A stretch of DNA of 64,000 bases. Origin: Carcharhinus longimanus (Eukaryota). The notes under the pieces were generated by a model. The model did no database searches, was not told where the DNA came from, and saw nothing but the letters and a program-made list of their open reading frames with translations. The stretch spans positions 33,825,761-33,889,760 of the forward strand of contig JASCQW010000137.1 in assembly GCA_030264375.1 (NCBI GenBank). Direction: 5' to 3'. The position numbers and the translations under genes were made by a program. Shown here one piece after another: positions 61,730 to 64,000 of this stretch. Numbering within the stretch: the first letter of the stretch is position 1; each line of letters begins with the position of its first letter.

Positions 61730-62115
61730 GGTCTTACTGCACAGAAGGAGGCCATTTGTCCCCCTGAGTCCGGGACAATTCTCTATAAAGCGATTCAGAC
61801 AGTACCATTTCCCAACGCAATCCCTGTAACGCTGCGAATTTAGTTCTCTCAAAGTCCCATCCAATTTCCTTTTCAAATCACTCAGCGTCTCAGCTTCTAC
61901 CAACCACATAGACAGCAAGTTCTAGGCCATTGCCCCTCTCTACATAAACATGCTTTTCCTCATCTCCTCCTCCAGCTCCTGCCCCATATCTATGTCCCCT
62001 TTAACTTGCACACGCAACTACTGGCAATTGCTTTTCTTTGTCTACCTTATCTAAAGCCAATCTTATCACCTCTATCAATCCTCCCCTCAATTCCTTTTGC
62101 TCCATGGAAAACAAT
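61730..62115 (-). mobile_element. CR1-type LINE 3' end
   Basis: VEAETLSDLKRKLDG. Confidence 0.7.
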
Positions 62116-62666
62116 GTCTCATTCCATTATACACAATCCTTTTTTGGAACACGTTTAACAAGCTCCATTGTAACATGAGGGATTCATAATCCTGAACAAA
62201 TGCTGCATCTGAATTCTGTTCCACAGTCCCCAAGTCTTCATCGTGTGCCATTTAAACATTGTTGGCTGGTTTTATCTTAATGGCATCACCTTAATCCAAA
62301 ATACTTTACTAACCAAACAGGCAGAAATCCCAAAACGTAATGATAAGGCCATGTGAAATTTGGCGACATTCAATAAATAGGTCACAAAAAATGAATTATA
62401 GGCAGCCATTTGGGCCTGAATCATGAATTCAGTCCACGGGGAATAAATAGGAAGGGGCTTGGTCCAAATAATTTCTATTAATGGAAGCAAATGGGCAGCT
62501 TGATCCACTGGAATTCTGTTTACTTGGAGTGAAAGAAAGTGCCTTTGATACAATACTATACTGCGCACTGCAAAGTGAAGGAGTTCTGTTATGAAATGTT
62601 ACAAGCGCTGGACTTAGTAAGATGGTTATGTTTTAAACAGCCTCCTTTAATTCAAGGTAAGATAGA

Positions 62667-63356
62667 GGGCCCGATTTTACCATTTTGATTCTAAGTGCTG
62701 AACCTGGGAGTGTTTCAGATCTGACTTTTAGACCCGTTTTCCAGTGCCCCCATATGCATTCCACCTGAAAAAATATCAATGATTCTAAATCGTGCTGCAC
62801 AAGTCTGTGGGTGGGGTTATCATGTCCGGAATGCTGCATCTCCGATGGGAGCCTTCAACAGCACACGTGCAGTAAGAAAATAGAAAAACGGTCCCCTGCC
62901 ACATTGCTCCCGGGCTGGATAATGCCTCCCCCGGCCTTCTCAGACACTGCCCCACCCCCCACAACATAACTGACCCCCTTATCCCCCCCCAGACCCCCTG
63001 CTACCCAGATCAATCGCNNNNNNNNNNNNNNNNNNNNNNNNNNNNNNNNNNNNNNNNNNNNNNNNNNNNNNNNNNNNNNNNNNNNNNNNNNNNNNNNNNN
63101 NNNNNNNNNNNNNNNNNGAATGGCGGGGCAGGCTCGAAGGGCTGGATGGCCTACTCCTGCTCCTATTTCTTATGTTCTTATTATGTTCTTATGTCGTGCC
63201 CATTATGGGCATGGTTCAGATGGTGGCCACTTTCGTCAACTGGTAAAGGGGAAACGGGCGTGGAGGTGGGTGTGGATTGCGCTACTCGCCTCTCACCCGA
63301 CTTTACCAAGTTTTTGTGCCCGAAACCGGGTGCAACTTGATGGTAAAATCGGGCCC
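62667..63356. mobile_element. Non-autonomous DNA transposon with perfect 17-bp TIRs and 3-bp TSD
   Basis: GGGCCCGATTTTACCAT at 62667-62683 and its reverse complement at 63340-63356; AGA on both flanks. Confidence 0.8.
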
Positions 63357-64000
63357 AGAGTAATTTAGACAGGGGGAATGTGATTTCCAATGGAGTCTGC
63401 AAGCAGACAAACCCATGTGACATTGTACTAAACCCGCCTGGAGGACTGTGACCTGTTTGCTACGGAGACAGGAACTGAAATCAAAACTTATTGCAATGAA
63501 GGTGCAGGCGGGCAGGCTGGTGAGGGGCATAAAGGAGGCAGCAGCCAATCTTAGTGCCTACAAACTCACAGGAATCTTGCACCCCTCACCACAGTGCATT
63601 TGATGGCGGAAGGATTGGGGGCATTTGATCAGGTGGGAGGGTGGCAGTTAGAGGAATCGGCCACCTTGGCGCCTCCAGTCCAATTAAGCCCGTGGACAGC
63701 CTTCCAACCTGCTGCCAATTGAAGCCCTCAGCTGGGCAACTAATGTCTACTGAAGGGCCTTATCCCACTGCTGCTGGCATTAATCCAGTGGGAGGGATCA
63801 CCACACCCATGCGGGATTGTTTGGGGACTCCCTGTCGTGGTTGACGGGAGTTGGGGAGGGGGGTGCGCGGCTGGGAGGGGCTCTTGTTCACAGGCAGTCA
63901 GTGTTTGAAGGATCCGGCATTGGGAAGGTGGCACTACTGAATAAAGAAGAGTTTCTTTATTCAAGTCTCAAGGAGCTGGCCTGAGTGGCACAAGGTGCAG

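Noticed and set aside
61309-64000. Next upstream ARHGAP44 exon (DQLSADMY...)
   Set aside because: Not found; presumably beyond the window or in a gap

Overview
Eukaryotic (vertebrate) genomic DNA with several N gaps. The repeats (HE1/V-SINE-type tRNA-derived SINEs, CR1/HER1-type LINE fragments, Penelope-type terminal repeats, short TIR elements) point to a cartilaginous fish, probably a shark. The window holds the 3' two-thirds of ARHGAP44 (RICH2, BAR-RhoGAP) on the minus strand. I traced 13 canonical coding exons with GT-AG boundaries and consistent phases, from the end of the BAR domain (61308) through the RhoGAP domain and Pro-rich tail to the stop at 8239 (C-terminus ESESTVL, a PDZ ligand), followed by a repeat-free 3' UTR of about 1.6 kb. 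The 5' exons lie beyond the window. The most interesting signals are an alternative-splicing module and ribozyme-like motifs. The module comprises an 18-nt microexon, a 450-nt cassette, a stop-containing 51-nt exon that would swap the PDZ ligand to STAV while escaping NMD, and a candidate 51-nt exon encoding an Akt/14-3-3 motif with nearby poison variants. Minimal hammerhead-ribozyme cores occur inside Penelope-type repeats. Family assignments come from recalled sequence similarity, not database searches, and repeat boundaries are approximate.
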